Below are positions 44,125-54,577 of a stretch of 64,000 bases of DNA, one piece after another (position 1 is the first letter of the stretch; each line of letters opens with the position of its first letter). Below the pieces are notes generated by a model. It searched no databases. It saw only the letters and a list, made by a program, of their open reading frames with translations, and was not told the origin of the DNA. The translations under genes and the position numbers were made by a program. Origin of the DNA: Patescibacteria group bacterium (GTDB taxonomy: Bacteria; Patescibacteriota; Patescibacteriia; UBA10025; JAHIVO01); assembly GCA_028718605.1 (NCBI GenBank), contig JAQULM010000003.1, positions 80,971-144,970 of the forward strand, written 5' to 3'.

Positions 44125-44625
44125 TTAATCGCCTGTTTTCTTGATGGTATCCTCAACCAATTTCTTGTTTGTGTCATGGTCTAGATTCTTGCCGATAACC
44201 TGCCCCGCTGCAGCAATGACGAGGTCCGCAACCTGCCCTTTTGCCTCGCGCAACATGGTCTGCTTCTCCGCCTGGATGTCCTGTTTCACCTTCTCGGCCA
44301 TACGCTCCATCTCTTGCCGCGTCTCGGCGAGCTTCTCGCCCTTGACCTTTTCCGCGTCCCGGTGCGTCTGTTCCATGATGACTTGCGCTTCCTGCTTCGC
44401 TTCGGTGATCAGCTTTTCTTTTGACTGCTCCGCTTCCTGGAGTTTCCGCTCGATTTCCTTCGCCTGTTGGAGGCTCTTTTCGATATCGTCCGAGCGCTTG
44501 TGCATCATTTTCATAAGCGGTTTCAGGGCAAAATACCAGAGCACGCCGATGACGATACCGAAATTAACCACCTGTGCAATGAGAAGTTTCCAGTCGATAT
44601 GAAATGTTTTTACCAGTTCGTCCAT
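44125..44625 (-). CDS. atpF: ATP synthase subunit b
   Basis: AQVVNF TM plus coiled coil. Confidence 0.93.
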   Translation of the reverse strand: MDELVKTFHIDWKLLIAQVVNFGIVIGVLWYFALKPLMKMMHKRSDDIEKSLQQAKEIERKLQEAEQSKEKLITEAKQEAQVIMEQTHRDAEKVKGEKLAETRQEMERMAEKVKQDIQAEKQTMLREAKGQVADLVIAAAGQVIGKNLDHDTNKKLVEDTIKKTGD

Positions 44626-44691
44626 ACGAATTCGATTATAATCTTAGAGCTGGAGGAGGCTTATAGAATAAACCTCCTGTATGCCATAAGA

Positions 44692-44931
<240 letters not shown>

Positions 44932-44989
44932 CTACTCGACGTGGTTTTTTAGTTTATCGTCGGTGTTTGCGGCAATTAATTAATAATAA

Positions 44990-45904
44990 CTAATGTTCTT
45001 CAGCAGTTGAGGCGATAGTAAAGTATACCAGCATCAGCATTGAGAATATCAGCGCCTGGATGACGCCAACGATAATCTCCAGGAACATAAACGGCACGGG
45101 AAGCACAAAAGCGAAAATGACTGCCATTGACGAAAGCAGCACTTCACCCGCGAAAATGTTGCCGAATAACCGAAATGAGAGCGACGCGATTTTTGCTGCT
45201 TCGCCGATAATCTCGATGATGCCGACGAAAAACTTAATCGGGTTCACGAAGGCAAGCGTCGGCTGTTTCCGTATCTTAACTGGAACCTCGGCAAGCACTT
45301 TGATATTCACGAATTTATTGAAGTGTTTCCAGATGCCGACGGTAATAATCCCAAAAAGATTCGAACCGACAACAGCAATGAGCGCCAGGGCAAGTGTCGT
45401 ATTCAGGTCGGCAGTGCCGCCGCGGAAAAACGGGATAAACACACTCTCGCCGTGTCCCTGCTCCAGGAAGCCGATCGATCCAATGCCGGGAATGAGCCCG
45501 AGCCAGTTGTTGAGGAGAATAAATAAAAACGCAGCGAATACGAACGGGAAGATACGCTCGGTCTTTTTTCGGTCGCCAGTTACCGAATCCGCCATGCCCA
45601 TCGCACCCTCGACAACCATTTCAAACAAATTCTGTATGCCGCGGGGAATCCGCGCGATTTTTTTCCGGATGACGAACGCAAAAACAACGAGCAGCAAAAC
45701 GACTGCCCACGAATTGATGAGCGAATTGGTCACGGAAAACGGACCGACGGTGAATATCGGCTCGGCATACAGCGTCGGCTCATGCGAAACTTCCGCACTG
45801 GTTTCCGCATGCTCCGCGTCGGTGCCGGTTAGCAATTCCGTATTTGCCGTTTCGGCTACGATAGGAACTTCTTCAGCTGTTGCGATGTGAATCATGTTGA
45901 GCAT
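44990..45904 (-). CDS. atpB: ATP synthase subunit a
   Basis: SLSFRLFGNIFAGE, IQALIF. Confidence 0.96.
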   Translation of the reverse strand: MLNMIHIATAEEVPIVAETANTELLTGTDAEHAETSAEVSHEPTLYAEPIFTVGPFSVTNSLINSWAVVLLLVVFAFVIRKKIARIPRGIQNLFEMVVEGAMGMADSVTGDRKKTERIFPFVFAAFLFILLNNWLGLIPGIGSIGFLEQGHGESVFIPFFRGGTADLNTTLALALIAVVGSNLFGIITVGIWKHFNKFVNIKVLAEVPVKIRKQPTLAFVNPIKFFVGIIEIIGEAAKIASLSFRLFGNIFAGEVLLSSMAVIFAFVLPVPFMFLEIIVGVIQALIFSMLMLVYFTIASTAEEH

Positions 45905-46169
45905 TCGAATCGTTCTTCTTTATTTGCTGCTTCCCCTCCCGTTCGATCTGCCGGATATATTTTATTGCGACGGTCGCAATCCCGATGCTTGAGATGACGA
46001 ACGCGATCCCGGTCAGTCCGAGATAAAACCAAGGCTCGCTGTTGTTTTTCTCGTCCAGGTACCGCCCCAAAAAGAGCGCTACGAGGATCGGTGCTGCGAT
46101 CCAGCCGGTTACTTCCGCGAATACAGTCAAGCCCGGCTGCCACCATGGTTTCTCAGGCTTTCCATCCAT
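45873..46169 (-). CDS. AtpZ/AtpI-family protein
   Basis: GRYLD....EPW two-TM pattern at head of atp operon. Confidence 0.75.
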   Translation of the reverse strand: MDGKPEKPWWQPGLTVFAEVTGWIAAPILVALFLGRYLDEKNNSEPWFYLGLTGIAFVISSIGIATVAIKYIRQIEREGKQQIKKNDSNAQHDSHRNS

Positions 46170-46392
46170 ATGTTCTCTTTTTAAAAATGGTGAAAAACCT
46201 GCCCGATAACGGTAAAAAATAGCTCTGGATATCCACAAGTTGGCTCTAATTCTAATAGAAATCGGCCCAAAAAGCAATACCGCGAATTTTTGAAAATGTG
46301 GAAATCGCAAATATTAGCAAAAATAAATGGCGGGACCCTACGAGTTCCCGCCATTTGATGGCAAATCTCTGCGTTGGCTTTCACGCACATTT

Positions 46393-46836
46393 TTAACGCC
46401 TCGAGCGGGCTAAATTCGCCCGCCGTTTAACGAGCCACCGGTAGAGAACCCCGGCGAACATAGACGGCGTCAAATCCATTTGGACGTGGCCCATATCCTC
46501 AGTTGGATAATCCTGAAGGTGCCCCATAGTAGGCACTCTCCTGATGTGCGGCGATCGTACCGTCGGCAACCCCAACTGCTCGGAAAGCTCCATGCAGATG
46601 CTGTGCGGATCACTCGACCCGAGCCCGATATCCACGAATCGCGTGTTAGCTGTCACCGGTTCGTAGGGAACATCGGCAGGCAATGGGATCGGGATCGCCG
46701 GGCACCCGGGCTGGAAAATGTTCCGGAGATGGCCCGCATATCGAGGTGCGGACAGCTTCGGTTCCCGCATACCGTTAATGATCGCCACAAGCGCAGCGCA
46801 GATTTGCGCCTCGGTTACGACAACTTCTGGAACCAT
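46393..46836 (-). CDS. Orphan protein with acyl-carrier-protein-like segment (solo unit)
   Basis: VTANTRFVDIGLGSSD...ELSEQLGL; GAGGA SD; promoter TTGACG-17-TATCGT (46908-46880); terminator 46325-46356. Confidence 0.55.
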   Translation of the reverse strand: MVPEVVVTEAQICAALVAIINGMREPKLSAPRYAGHLRNIFQPGCPAIPIPLPADVPYEPVTANTRFVDIGLGSSDPHSICMELSEQLGLPTVRSPHIRRVPTMGHLQDYPTEDMGHVQMDLTPSMFAGVLYRWLVKRRANLARSRR

Positions 46837-46982
46837 GTTTATATCCTCACTCTATGTATGTTTCTTTTTATATCACGTGACGATACGCTTATTTTTGAAA
46901 TCCGTCAAGTGTGCACGTTTTGCATGATTATCCACGGCACGATACAATAGCGGCTCCACCCAATACCACAAAAGGAGTCTGT

Positions 46983-47225
46983 GTGGCTGAAACAAAACCA
47001 AAAGCGGACATTACGCTCGTGAGGCGTGACGGGATGTACACGTTCACCGTCAACGGCCAAACGCCCCCCGACACCGAAACCCACCACTGGTTCCCCGCTG
47101 ACCTGCACTCAGCAGTTGTCATCAAGGACCTCGAAGCCGGCGAACAGGGTGTCCGTTTTACTGCAGTATACACGCACCGTGACGTCGAACGGCAAAAGGC
47201 ATTCAACTTTGCCTGGAGTGCCTAA
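46983..47225 (+). CDS. Small orphan protein (solo unit)
   Basis: AAGGAG SD before GTG; promoter TTGCAT-17-TACAAT (46920-46948). Confidence 0.55.
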   Translation: MAETKPKADITLVRRDGMYTFTVNGQTPPDTETHHWFPADLHSAVVIKDLEAGEQGVRFTAVYTHRDVERQKAFNFAWSA

Positions 47226-47299
47226 ATCCCGCCGCTCCTACAACACTCTTCCCACGCTGTGCACATCGTTCAGCGGGGCGTATTTTTTCTGGCCAACGG

Positions 47300-48316
47300 T
47301 TATCCGATAAACTCCCGCAGCTCCTCATACTGCCGCCAATTATCCTCCGATACCTCAGCTGCTGGCGGGAGCATCACACGCATCCACCGCTTCACGACCG
47401 GCTCATGGAATGCTCCGGCCTTTGTTTCTTCCAGAATAAAGTATAGCGCATCAACGGGTGAATTGGACCGGTCTGCGTACCGGCGGCGCTGGATCATCGC
47501 CTGGTGGACATCCGCGAGATGCAGAAGCTCGCTCGCAACGACTGAAACACGCAGCACTTCCTTGGTAACATTTGCGCCCTCTTCACCATGCTCTTTGTAC
47601 TGGTGGTGCGCGCCAGCGAGATCCGCGACTCGCTCGCGGTCAGGAATATTCGACTCGCTGATGATGTCACGTGAATACTGCTCATGACGGCGGATTGCGT
47701 CCATGAATGATTCTGTATACGGATCTAAGCCATACCGCTGTATTTCATCAATCGCTTCGGGATTGTCACGGAAACACTGCTGGAGCGATACATAATCACG
47801 AAGATCCAAGTGCATAAAATCTTTATCGGACATCGTATCCAAATTCTTGCCGTCCTTCGCGAGCTGTGCACGGATAAAATCAGGATCTGCTTCTAAATTA
47901 GAATAAAATTGCTCCCTGAAATACGTGTCGGTAAAGGAACCTTTCAACACGCAATCGGGAACCCCCACCTTGCCGACATCATGCAGCAATGCTGCACGGA
48001 AAAACGTCTCCTTCGTAATGCCTTCCGCTGCCAGGTCATCCTTGAATTCATCATATTCACGGTGCGCAATGCGCGCAACCTCGAGTGAGTGGTTAAAATA
48101 CAGATCAAACTTTTTATTGAGGAGCGCGAGATAGTGCGCTTCCTCGTCCGATATTAATTCCTTCACTTCAGAGGGGAGTTCCTTGAACCGCGTGCGAACA
48201 GCTTCGATATCAGCCTGCTCGAGCTCTCCAAGCCCTTGCTGGACATGGTCTCTGATATTGAACACGCTTACCTGCGGTTCCCGTTCTTCTGGTGGTTGAT
48301 CGATGTTTGGTGCCAT
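47300..48316 (-). CDS. HD-GYP-like phosphohydrolase
   Basis: HSLEVA, ALLHDVGK, HH, LADV..AM...RRY; GYP motif not evident. Confidence 0.75.
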   Translation of the reverse strand: MAPNIDQPPEEREPQVSVFNIRDHVQQGLGELEQADIEAVRTRFKELPSEVKELISDEEAHYLALLNKKFDLYFNHSLEVARIAHREYDEFKDDLAAEGITKETFFRAALLHDVGKVGVPDCVLKGSFTDTYFREQFYSNLEADPDFIRAQLAKDGKNLDTMSDKDFMHLDLRDYVSLQQCFRDNPEAIDEIQRYGLDPYTESFMDAIRRHEQYSRDIISESNIPDRERVADLAGAHHQYKEHGEEGANVTKEVLRVSVVASELLHLADVHQAMIQRRRYADRSNSPVDALYFILEETKAGAFHEPVVKRWMRVMLPPAAEVSEDNWRQYEELREFIG

Positions 48317-48337
48317 AGTTTTCTAAAGCACTGATAC

Positions 48338-48889
48338 TTAACGATGAAACTTTCGAACCACTGTGCGTGTTAATAAATACGCAGCTGAAAACACGCTGAA
48401 GCACCCTAACGCCCACACGGTATAATTCAAATACGTCGCGCTGTTTGATGTCACGTCGTTCCAGCATGCGCCAATGTTCGGGGTGCACCCTGGCGCCTGG
48501 TCAACCAGCGCAACGCCGATGCCGCACAGCCCGTTTTCAACATTCACCTTCCTGCACCCATCGATGGTCGACGCGGCCGGGTGCGTGTACCGGAACTGCG
48601 CGACCGGAAACGGAAATCCCGTTTTACGGACATACTGCGATTCGCCTTCCTTCGTTTGCGGACCCCACACGTAATCAGAAGCGTACCCGCCGACGAAGTA
48701 CCCGCCGGCCAGCGACATGATGACAATAACAATAATAACGATCAAGCTAACATGCGAACGTTGTTGTACCGGAAGTACGGCCATTGCCTGCTCCTCTCTC
48801 CACCCTGTTTGGATCAGGGATGCACGAATATCCGCATCACTCTTCCCGAGCGAACGTTCCTGGGAGATATAATCTTCAAGATATCCCAT
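48338..48889 (-). CDS. Hypothetical membrane protein
   Basis: N-terminal 'IRASLIQTGW' helical motif, two TM segments, GFPF. Confidence 0.6.
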   Translation of the reverse strand: MGYLEDYISQERSLGKSDADIRASLIQTGWREEQAMAVLPVQQRSHVSLIVIIVIVIMSLAGGYFVGGYASDYVWGPQTKEGESQYVRKTGFPFPVAQFRYTHPAASTIDGCRKVNVENGLCGIGVALVDQAPGCTPNIGACWNDVTSNSATYLNYTVWALGCFSVFSAAYLLTRTVVRKFHR

Positions 48890-48892
48890 AGA

Positions 48893-49960
48893 TTATTCTT
48901 CCTTCGGTTTTTCGATCTCCAGCGGCTCGACAGCTCCACCGACCTCGGCAATTTTTAATACATCCTTGTCAACTTTCTTGAATTCCTTGTATGCCGAATT
49001 ATAACTGCTCACCGTCGTGCCGAGGTGCTGCCCGACTTTCTGCATGTATGTCTCGTACGACAGCAAATGCTTGCCGAGCTGTTCCACGTTCTTGCGGATC
49101 TCTTTTGCCGACTCTTCGATCTGCAGTGCGCGCAAACCCTGCAGCACCGTCTGCAAGTACGCCAAGAATGACGTCGGCGATACAATAATGACATGCTTTT
49201 CCTTAAACGCGTACTCGATGAGGTCGCGCGTGTTTACCTTGACCGCACCGACTTTATTCACGAGTAAATCGTAATAAATCGCCTCAGACGGGATGAACAT
49301 GAACGCAAAATCCATCGTGTCCTCGGACGGCCGCACGTACTTTGAGGTTTCATCAATGCGGTTTTTCAGGTCCGCCTTGAACTGGACTTCCAGCGCTTGC
49401 TTTTCCTTCTCATCACGTTCATTCAATATACGCTCATAGTTCTCCAGTGAAAACTTCGAGTCAACGGGAATGATTTTATCTTTTACGAACACAACTGCAT
49501 CGACAATTTCACCGTCCTTGAACTTGTATTGCATCTTGTACGAATTCGGAGGCAGCACATTTTTCAGCGTCTCCTCAAGGTAATACTCGCCCAGCACCCC
49601 GCGCTGTTTCGGGTTTTTTAAAATGTCCTGCAGGTTTTTCAGCTGGTCGGAGAAATTCAAGACTTGCTTGTTCGTTTCGTCGAGCTTGGTCAATTTTTCG
49701 GTGACGTCGCGCACGATCCGCGTCGAATGCCCGAACTGCTCCTGGATCACGCGCGTTGTTTCGGTGAGCTTGGAATCGAGCACCCGCGTCTGTTCGGTGC
49801 TCTTTTCATTGAGCTGGTTAATGCGCTCTTCCAGGCGCACGATTTTTTCATACGCCTCGGGGTTTCCTCCAGCGCCAGAACCGCCCCGGCGGATGGTAAC
49901 CAGGGTAACGATGATGCTGATAAGCACGAGACTCCCGATAATTAGCAATGCGATGTCCAT
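48893..49960 (-). CDS. rmuC: DNA recombination protein RmuC
   Basis: RGVLGE, VDSKF, FAFMFIPSE, IVSPTS. Confidence 0.92.
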   Translation of the reverse strand: MDIALLIIGSLVLISIIVTLVTIRRGGSGAGGNPEAYEKIVRLEERINQLNEKSTEQTRVLDSKLTETTRVIQEQFGHSTRIVRDVTEKLTKLDETNKQVLNFSDQLKNLQDILKNPKQRGVLGEYYLEETLKNVLPPNSYKMQYKFKDGEIVDAVVFVKDKIIPVDSKFSLENYERILNERDEKEKQALEVQFKADLKNRIDETSKYVRPSEDTMDFAFMFIPSEAIYYDLLVNKVGAVKVNTRDLIEYAFKEKHVIIVSPTSFLAYLQTVLQGLRALQIEESAKEIRKNVEQLGKHLLSYETYMQKVGQHLGTTVSSYNSAYKEFKKVDKDVLKIAEVGGAVEPLEIEKPKEE

Positions 49961-50066
49961 ATGCAAGCATTGTACCAAAAAAACGACTCCTCTTCAATCA
50001 AAAAACAAACCCCCGCCATATGGAAGCGCGGGGGTCTTACAATGTGATATGCGGTGCATGGGAATC

Positions 50067-50480
50067 CTACTGAATCCCCACGCTTTTCATAACTCCGACA
50101 ACATATGCGCACAGTTCGCATGGTTCCGCCCCATTACGGCCGCTGCCGTTGAGATGGTTTGTAATGCTGCGATTTTCAGCTTTACCGAGCTCCCCGCGAA
50201 CGTATTGTGCAAGCTCATCCCGAGTCGGATGGCCGGCAATAACGACGATCGGCCGTACCGGTAAAACTCCATGGTACATGCCCTGCGTCCATTGTGCGAT
50301 TAATACCGCTCTGGCTTCCCTATCGCGATCGCTCCAGTAGTCACAGCACTGCTTGCACGTGCGTAAGTGCTTCCTGAGCCGGCCAGCCTCAATAGCAGTC
50401 ATGCCGTGCTGAATATTTTTAACAATGAGACGTTGCGCTTCTTCACAGCCGATGTCGGAATAGGTATTAGCATTTTTCAT
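50067..50480 (-). CDS. Tandem zf-HC2 (anti-sigma ZAS-like) protein (solo unit)
   Basis: HLRTCKQC and HPT..EL..Y..GEL...HL...CELC; GGAGGG SD; promoter TTGACG-17-TACGCT (50557-50529). Confidence 0.7.
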   Translation of the reverse strand: MKNANTYSDIGCEEAQRLIVKNIQHGMTAIEAGRLRKHLRTCKQCCDYWSDRDREARAVLIAQWTQGMYHGVLPVRPIVVIAGHPTRDELAQYVRGELGKAENRSITNHLNGSGRNGAEPCELCAYVVGVMKSVGIQ

Positions 50481-50663
50481 GAGCAACCCTCCAGGAACTG
50501 TTTGTACTGTTGTTTCAATTCTGTTAACAGCGTAATGCCATCAGCGGGATACGTCAATACGAGCATTCTCTTACTAACCTATGAGGAAAATAGGAACAAT
50601 AGATTGGTTGAATGGGTGTTAGCGCAGTAGTATTGCTGAACAGTAATGCGCCGACTATACAAT

Positions 50664-50779
50664 GGGGTCCGGGGGCTTCATTAAGCCCATCTATGAAATG
50701 AAATCGATATTAAAGGCGAGCGCATTGAAGCCCCCGGCGGTTCTTTTCTGTCACTTTTCTTGCCGTCAAGAAAAGTGAC
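50664..50779. repeat. REP-like double inverted-repeat element
   Basis: CCGGGGGCTTCA/TGAAGCCCCCGG (50669-50737) and GTCACTTTTCTTG/CAAGAAAAGTGAC (50750-50779). Confidence 0.6.
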
Positions 50780-50858
50780 TTCACCAGTATCGATAAACTA
50801 ATTGACGAGCGCACCCACGGTGAGGCGCACTCGGAAGATTTTTAAATCCATTACACCT

Positions 50859-51698
50859 CTACCGCAACCTAAAAAACTCGGTCGCGTTCTTACCGGTCTG
50901 CTCCTCAACCTCCTCGTACGTGATGCCTTTCAATTCGGCAACCCGGTCAGCGACGTACCGCACGAACCGCGGCTCGTTGCGCTTGCCCCGCACCATCTGG
51001 GGCGCCAGGTACGGCGCGTCCGTTTCAACCATGAGCCGGTCGAGGGGTGTTTTTTTTACGGCTTCTTCGAGAAGTTTCGTCTTGGGATACGTGATAACGC
51101 CGGTGAAAGAAATCATGAACCCGGCATCGAGGAACTGCTTCGCGATCGGCCAGTCCGCAGTAAAGCAGTGCAGTACGCCGCGGCTATACCCCGCTTCTTT
51201 CAGAACCTTCAGCATGTGCAGGTACGGGCGATGCTCATCCCCTTTCGCGCCCCGGCAGTGCAAGATGATCGGCAGCCGCAATTTCATTGCGAGCTGGACG
51301 CCTTTCAGGAATGTCCACCGCTGCGCGCGTTCAAACTCCTCTTCCTTGATCTTCGGCGGTCGGTGAAAATAATCGAGGCCCATCTCTCCGATAGCAACAA
51401 CGTGGGGATCACGCGCAAGTGCTTGGTACCGTTCAGCTGAAAACTTCTCCTGCCGCGTGGTAAACGGCATTTCTGCCTCGTCCACTTCCATATCGAATAG
51501 ATGTATCGGGTGCAGCCCGATAGCGGCATAACATACGCCCGGGTGCTCATTCGCAAGCTTCACCGCGCGTTCACTGGTAGAATACTGCGACCCAACATTA
51601 ATTACCCTCATCCCGTCATCAATAATGCGCTGCATAACCTCATCGAGATCATTCTTGTATGCAGAAAAATTCAGGTGAGCATGGGTGTCAATCAGCAT
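50859..51698 (-). CDS. tatD: TatD family hydrolase
   Basis: DTHAH, GLHP, IGEMGLD, ETDAPYL. Confidence 0.92.
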   Translation of the reverse strand: MLIDTHAHLNFSAYKNDLDEVMQRIIDDGMRVINVGSQYSTSERAVKLANEHPGVCYAAIGLHPIHLFDMEVDEAEMPFTTRQEKFSAERYQALARDPHVVAIGEMGLDYFHRPPKIKEEEFERAQRWTFLKGVQLAMKLRLPIILHCRGAKGDEHRPYLHMLKVLKEAGYSRGVLHCFTADWPIAKQFLDAGFMISFTGVITYPKTKLLEEAVKKTPLDRLMVETDAPYLAPQMVRGKRNEPRFVRYVADRVAELKGITYEEVEEQTGKNATEFFRLR

Positions 51699-51704
51699 AG
51701 AGTA

Positions 51705-52538
51705 CTATTTGATAGTAAAAAGTTTTTCGGCATTCCGCGATGTCTGCTCCGCGACGTCTTCCGGTGAAATACCCCGAATATCAGCAATCCGGCGGGCGAT
51801 ATAGTCCAGATGGGACGGTTCATTGCGCTGCCCCCGCAGCGGTTCGGGTGCAAGGTACGGGGCGTTTGTCTCGAGCACAAGAGACTGAAGCGGCACCTCA
51901 CGAACCGTTTCAAGAAAATCGCGTCCGTGCTCATAGGTAACGAGGCCGTTGTATGCCAGCATAAAACCAGCATCGATAAACTTCCGGGCAGTCGCATAAT
52001 CGCCCTCAAAGCTATGCACGACCCCCCGTAGGGTGCCCCGGGTTGAATACGGCTTGAGGGTTTCGAGAATCTGTTCGTACGCATCCCGGCTGTGGAGAAC
52101 GAGTGGAAGGCGTGACGCGAGTGCGAGCTCGATCTGTGCAATGAAGAGCCGCTGCTGCAAATTCTGGATCGACGGCTGTTCTGACCCTTGCGCGCGTGCG
52201 ATATGGTAAAAATCAAAACCGGTTTCCCCGATGCCGACGCATTTTGGATAATTCACATAATTTTTCAGCATGGTAATCTGGTCGTCAATCTTCTGGTCAA
52301 TATCACCCGGAGCTGTAAAAAGCTGCACCGCTTCCTGCGGATGGATGCCAACAACCGCAAAAACGCGCTCATATGCGATCGCAATCTCGAGCGTTGATTT
52401 TACATGGGCGGCGTCTGACCCGACCGCGATGATGGTGCCGACGCCAACGTTTGCTGCCCGCGAAATGACGTCGTGGCGGTCTCCGGTAAACTCGCGAAAA
52501 TCGAGGTGAGCGTGTGTGTCAATCAGTCGGAATGGCAT
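51705..52538 (-). CDS. tatD: TatD family hydrolase paralog
   Basis: DTHAH, GIHP, IGETGFD, ETNAPYL (D to N). Confidence 0.9.
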   Translation of the reverse strand: MPFRLIDTHAHLDFREFTGDRHDVISRAANVGVGTIIAVGSDAAHVKSTLEIAIAYERVFAVVGIHPQEAVQLFTAPGDIDQKIDDQITMLKNYVNYPKCVGIGETGFDFYHIARAQGSEQPSIQNLQQRLFIAQIELALASRLPLVLHSRDAYEQILETLKPYSTRGTLRGVVHSFEGDYATARKFIDAGFMLAYNGLVTYEHGRDFLETVREVPLQSLVLETNAPYLAPEPLRGQRNEPSHLDYIARRIADIRGISPEDVAEQTSRNAEKLFTIK

Positions 52539-52555
52539 GGGATCGTGCGCAATGC

Positions 52556-53080
52556 TTATTCAAGTTCCAAGGGTATCGTCGGCACGCTCGATTTGATCGA
52601 ATCCGGAATCAGAGGGACGAGGAATCCCGAAATGCTGACGAGCAAACCGGCAAACGCCGAATTATCGATTGCTGCGTTGAGCGCCTCGGACAGGTAAAAA
52701 TGCTTCGCGACATACAGAATCGTCCCAAGTACGAGCGTTGCCTCGACAAACCCGAGCAGCGCGCCGCCTAAACGGTTCGCGAGCGTGGCGAACGGGATGA
52801 TGCGCGCGATTTTAAACGCCTTGTCGAGCGCATGGATCATATACCCAATGCCCCGGCTCGCAACGAGAAAAACGAGGACAAAGGCAAACACGTTTGCGAC
52901 GCTCTCTTTGAGCATGAGGAATTGGAAAAAATCCGCCACTTGCTGGTACAGCGATCCGGCAATATACACGCCGGCAATCGCGCCAAGGATTGCTCCAAGG
53001 GTATGCACAAGGCCGAAGTAAAAGCCCGCACCGACAAACCCAAAAAATATCACGAGCAGGATAAGGTCGAACATTGGCAT
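52556..53080 (-). CDS. CvpA family membrane protein
   Basis: FDLILL..GFYFGLV, NRLGGALLG. Confidence 0.85.
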   Translation of the reverse strand: MPMFDLILLVIFFGFVGAGFYFGLVHTLGAILGAIAGVYIAGSLYQQVADFFQFLMLKESVANVFAFVLVFLVASRGIGYMIHALDKAFKIARIIPFATLANRLGGALLGFVEATLVLGTILYVAKHFYLSEALNAAIDNSAFAGLLVSISGFLVPLIPDSIKSSVPTIPLELE

Positions 53081-53094
53081 AGGATAAAAAAAAG

Positions 53095-54525
53095 TTAAAC
53101 GCGCTTAAACAATGGATCGCCTTTGGTAATCCGCGCTTCGTTCAGGCTGCCAATAATGATGTCCGCTGTTTCCGGCATAAATGGCTCAATCGCCGCTGCG
53201 AATTCCAGAAGCAATGCTGCAAGCTGGCTAAGGACAGTTTCAAGCTGTTCGCGCTTGCCTGGGTCTTTCGCAAGTTTCCACGGCTCCGCTTCATCGATAA
53301 TCTGGTTTGCTTTCATGACTGCTTCCCAGAGCTCCTTCAGCGCCCGATCAAACTGCAAGAGCTCGATATAATCACCGACATGGGCAAGCGGGATCGGAGA
53401 TACGACGTCTTTCGGCACGGTACCGCCGCAATATTTCTCAATCATATTCAGCACGCGCGAAACGAGATTGCCGAGGTTATTCGCCAGGTCAGCATTGTAC
53501 TTTTCCGCAAACAACGATTCTTTAATATCACCGTCCTGGCCGAACGGAAACTGGGTCAGTAAAAGGTACCGCGTCGCGTCAATGCCGAACTTTTTAACCA
53601 AATCGTTCGGATCAATCACGTTGCCGAGCGTCTTCGACATCTTCTTGCCGTCGAGGGTAAAAAATCCGTGGAGATACACCACCTTCGGAACCGGCAAACC
53701 CGCTGCGAGCAACAACGCAGGCCAGTACACACAGTGGAACTTAAGAATATCGCGCGCCATCACATGCACGTCGGCAGGCCACCATGCCTCGAAGAATGCG
53801 TCGTTATCGCCGTACCCGATGGCAGTAATATAATTCAGCAGCGCATCAACCCAGACGTACGTCTTCTGCTTTTCGTCAAACGGCAGCGGTATGCCCCACT
53901 GGACGTTTTCTCGGGAAACGGAAAAATCTTCGAGGTCCTGCTTGAACAAACCGAGCACTTCCTTCTCGCGCCCGTGCGGCAGTATTTTTATCGTGCCGTC
54001 CTCGATCAGTTTCCTGACCGCGGGAAGATACTTCGAAAGTTTGAAAAAGTAATTGCGCTCCGATACCTTCTCCGGCGCTTTCTTATGGTCCGGGCATAAG
54101 CCGTCGACGAGCTCTTTTTCTTTTATAAACCGCTCACAACCAACGCAGTACAAACCCTCGTACGTTCCCTCGTAAATATCGCCGTTGCTGTGCAATTTTG
54201 ATAAAAACTTCACGACGCCGACTCGATGGCGTTCGTCAGTTGTCCGGATAAAATAATCATTCGAAATATTCAGAGCCTTGAATGTTTCCTTGAACAAAGC
54301 GCTGTTCTGGTCGCAAAACGCCTTGGGCTCCATGCCGGCTGCGTTCGCGCTCTGCGCGACTTTCGCGCCATGCTCGTCGGTCCCCGTAACAAAATACACC
54401 CGGTAATTTTTCTGCCGGTAGTACCGCGCCAAGACATCCGCCGCAATGGTCGTGTACGCATGGCCGATATGCGGCTTATCGTTCACGTAATAAATGGGGG
54501 TTGTAATGTAGAATTTCTTGGACAT
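53095..54525 (-). CDS. metG: Methionyl-tRNA synthetase (short form)
   Basis: PHIGH, GTDEHG, KMSKT. Confidence 0.97.
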   Translation of the reverse strand: MSKKFYITTPIYYVNDKPHIGHAYTTIAADVLARYYRQKNYRVYFVTGTDEHGAKVAQSANAAGMEPKAFCDQNSALFKETFKALNISNDYFIRTTDERHRVGVVKFLSKLHSNGDIYEGTYEGLYCVGCERFIKEKELVDGLCPDHKKAPEKVSERNYFFKLSKYLPAVRKLIEDGTIKILPHGREKEVLGLFKQDLEDFSVSRENVQWGIPLPFDEKQKTYVWVDALLNYITAIGYGDNDAFFEAWWPADVHVMARDILKFHCVYWPALLLAAGLPVPKVVYLHGFFTLDGKKMSKTLGNVIDPNDLVKKFGIDATRYLLLTQFPFGQDGDIKESLFAEKYNADLANNLGNLVSRVLNMIEKYCGGTVPKDVVSPIPLAHVGDYIELLQFDRALKELWEAVMKANQIIDEAEPWKLAKDPGKREQLETVLSQLAALLLEFAAAIEPFMPETADIIIGSLNEARITKGDPLFKRV

Positions 54526-54577
54526 AGCGCTTGAATTATACCGTGAAATCGGCATAAAAACAATAAAACTCCTGCGA

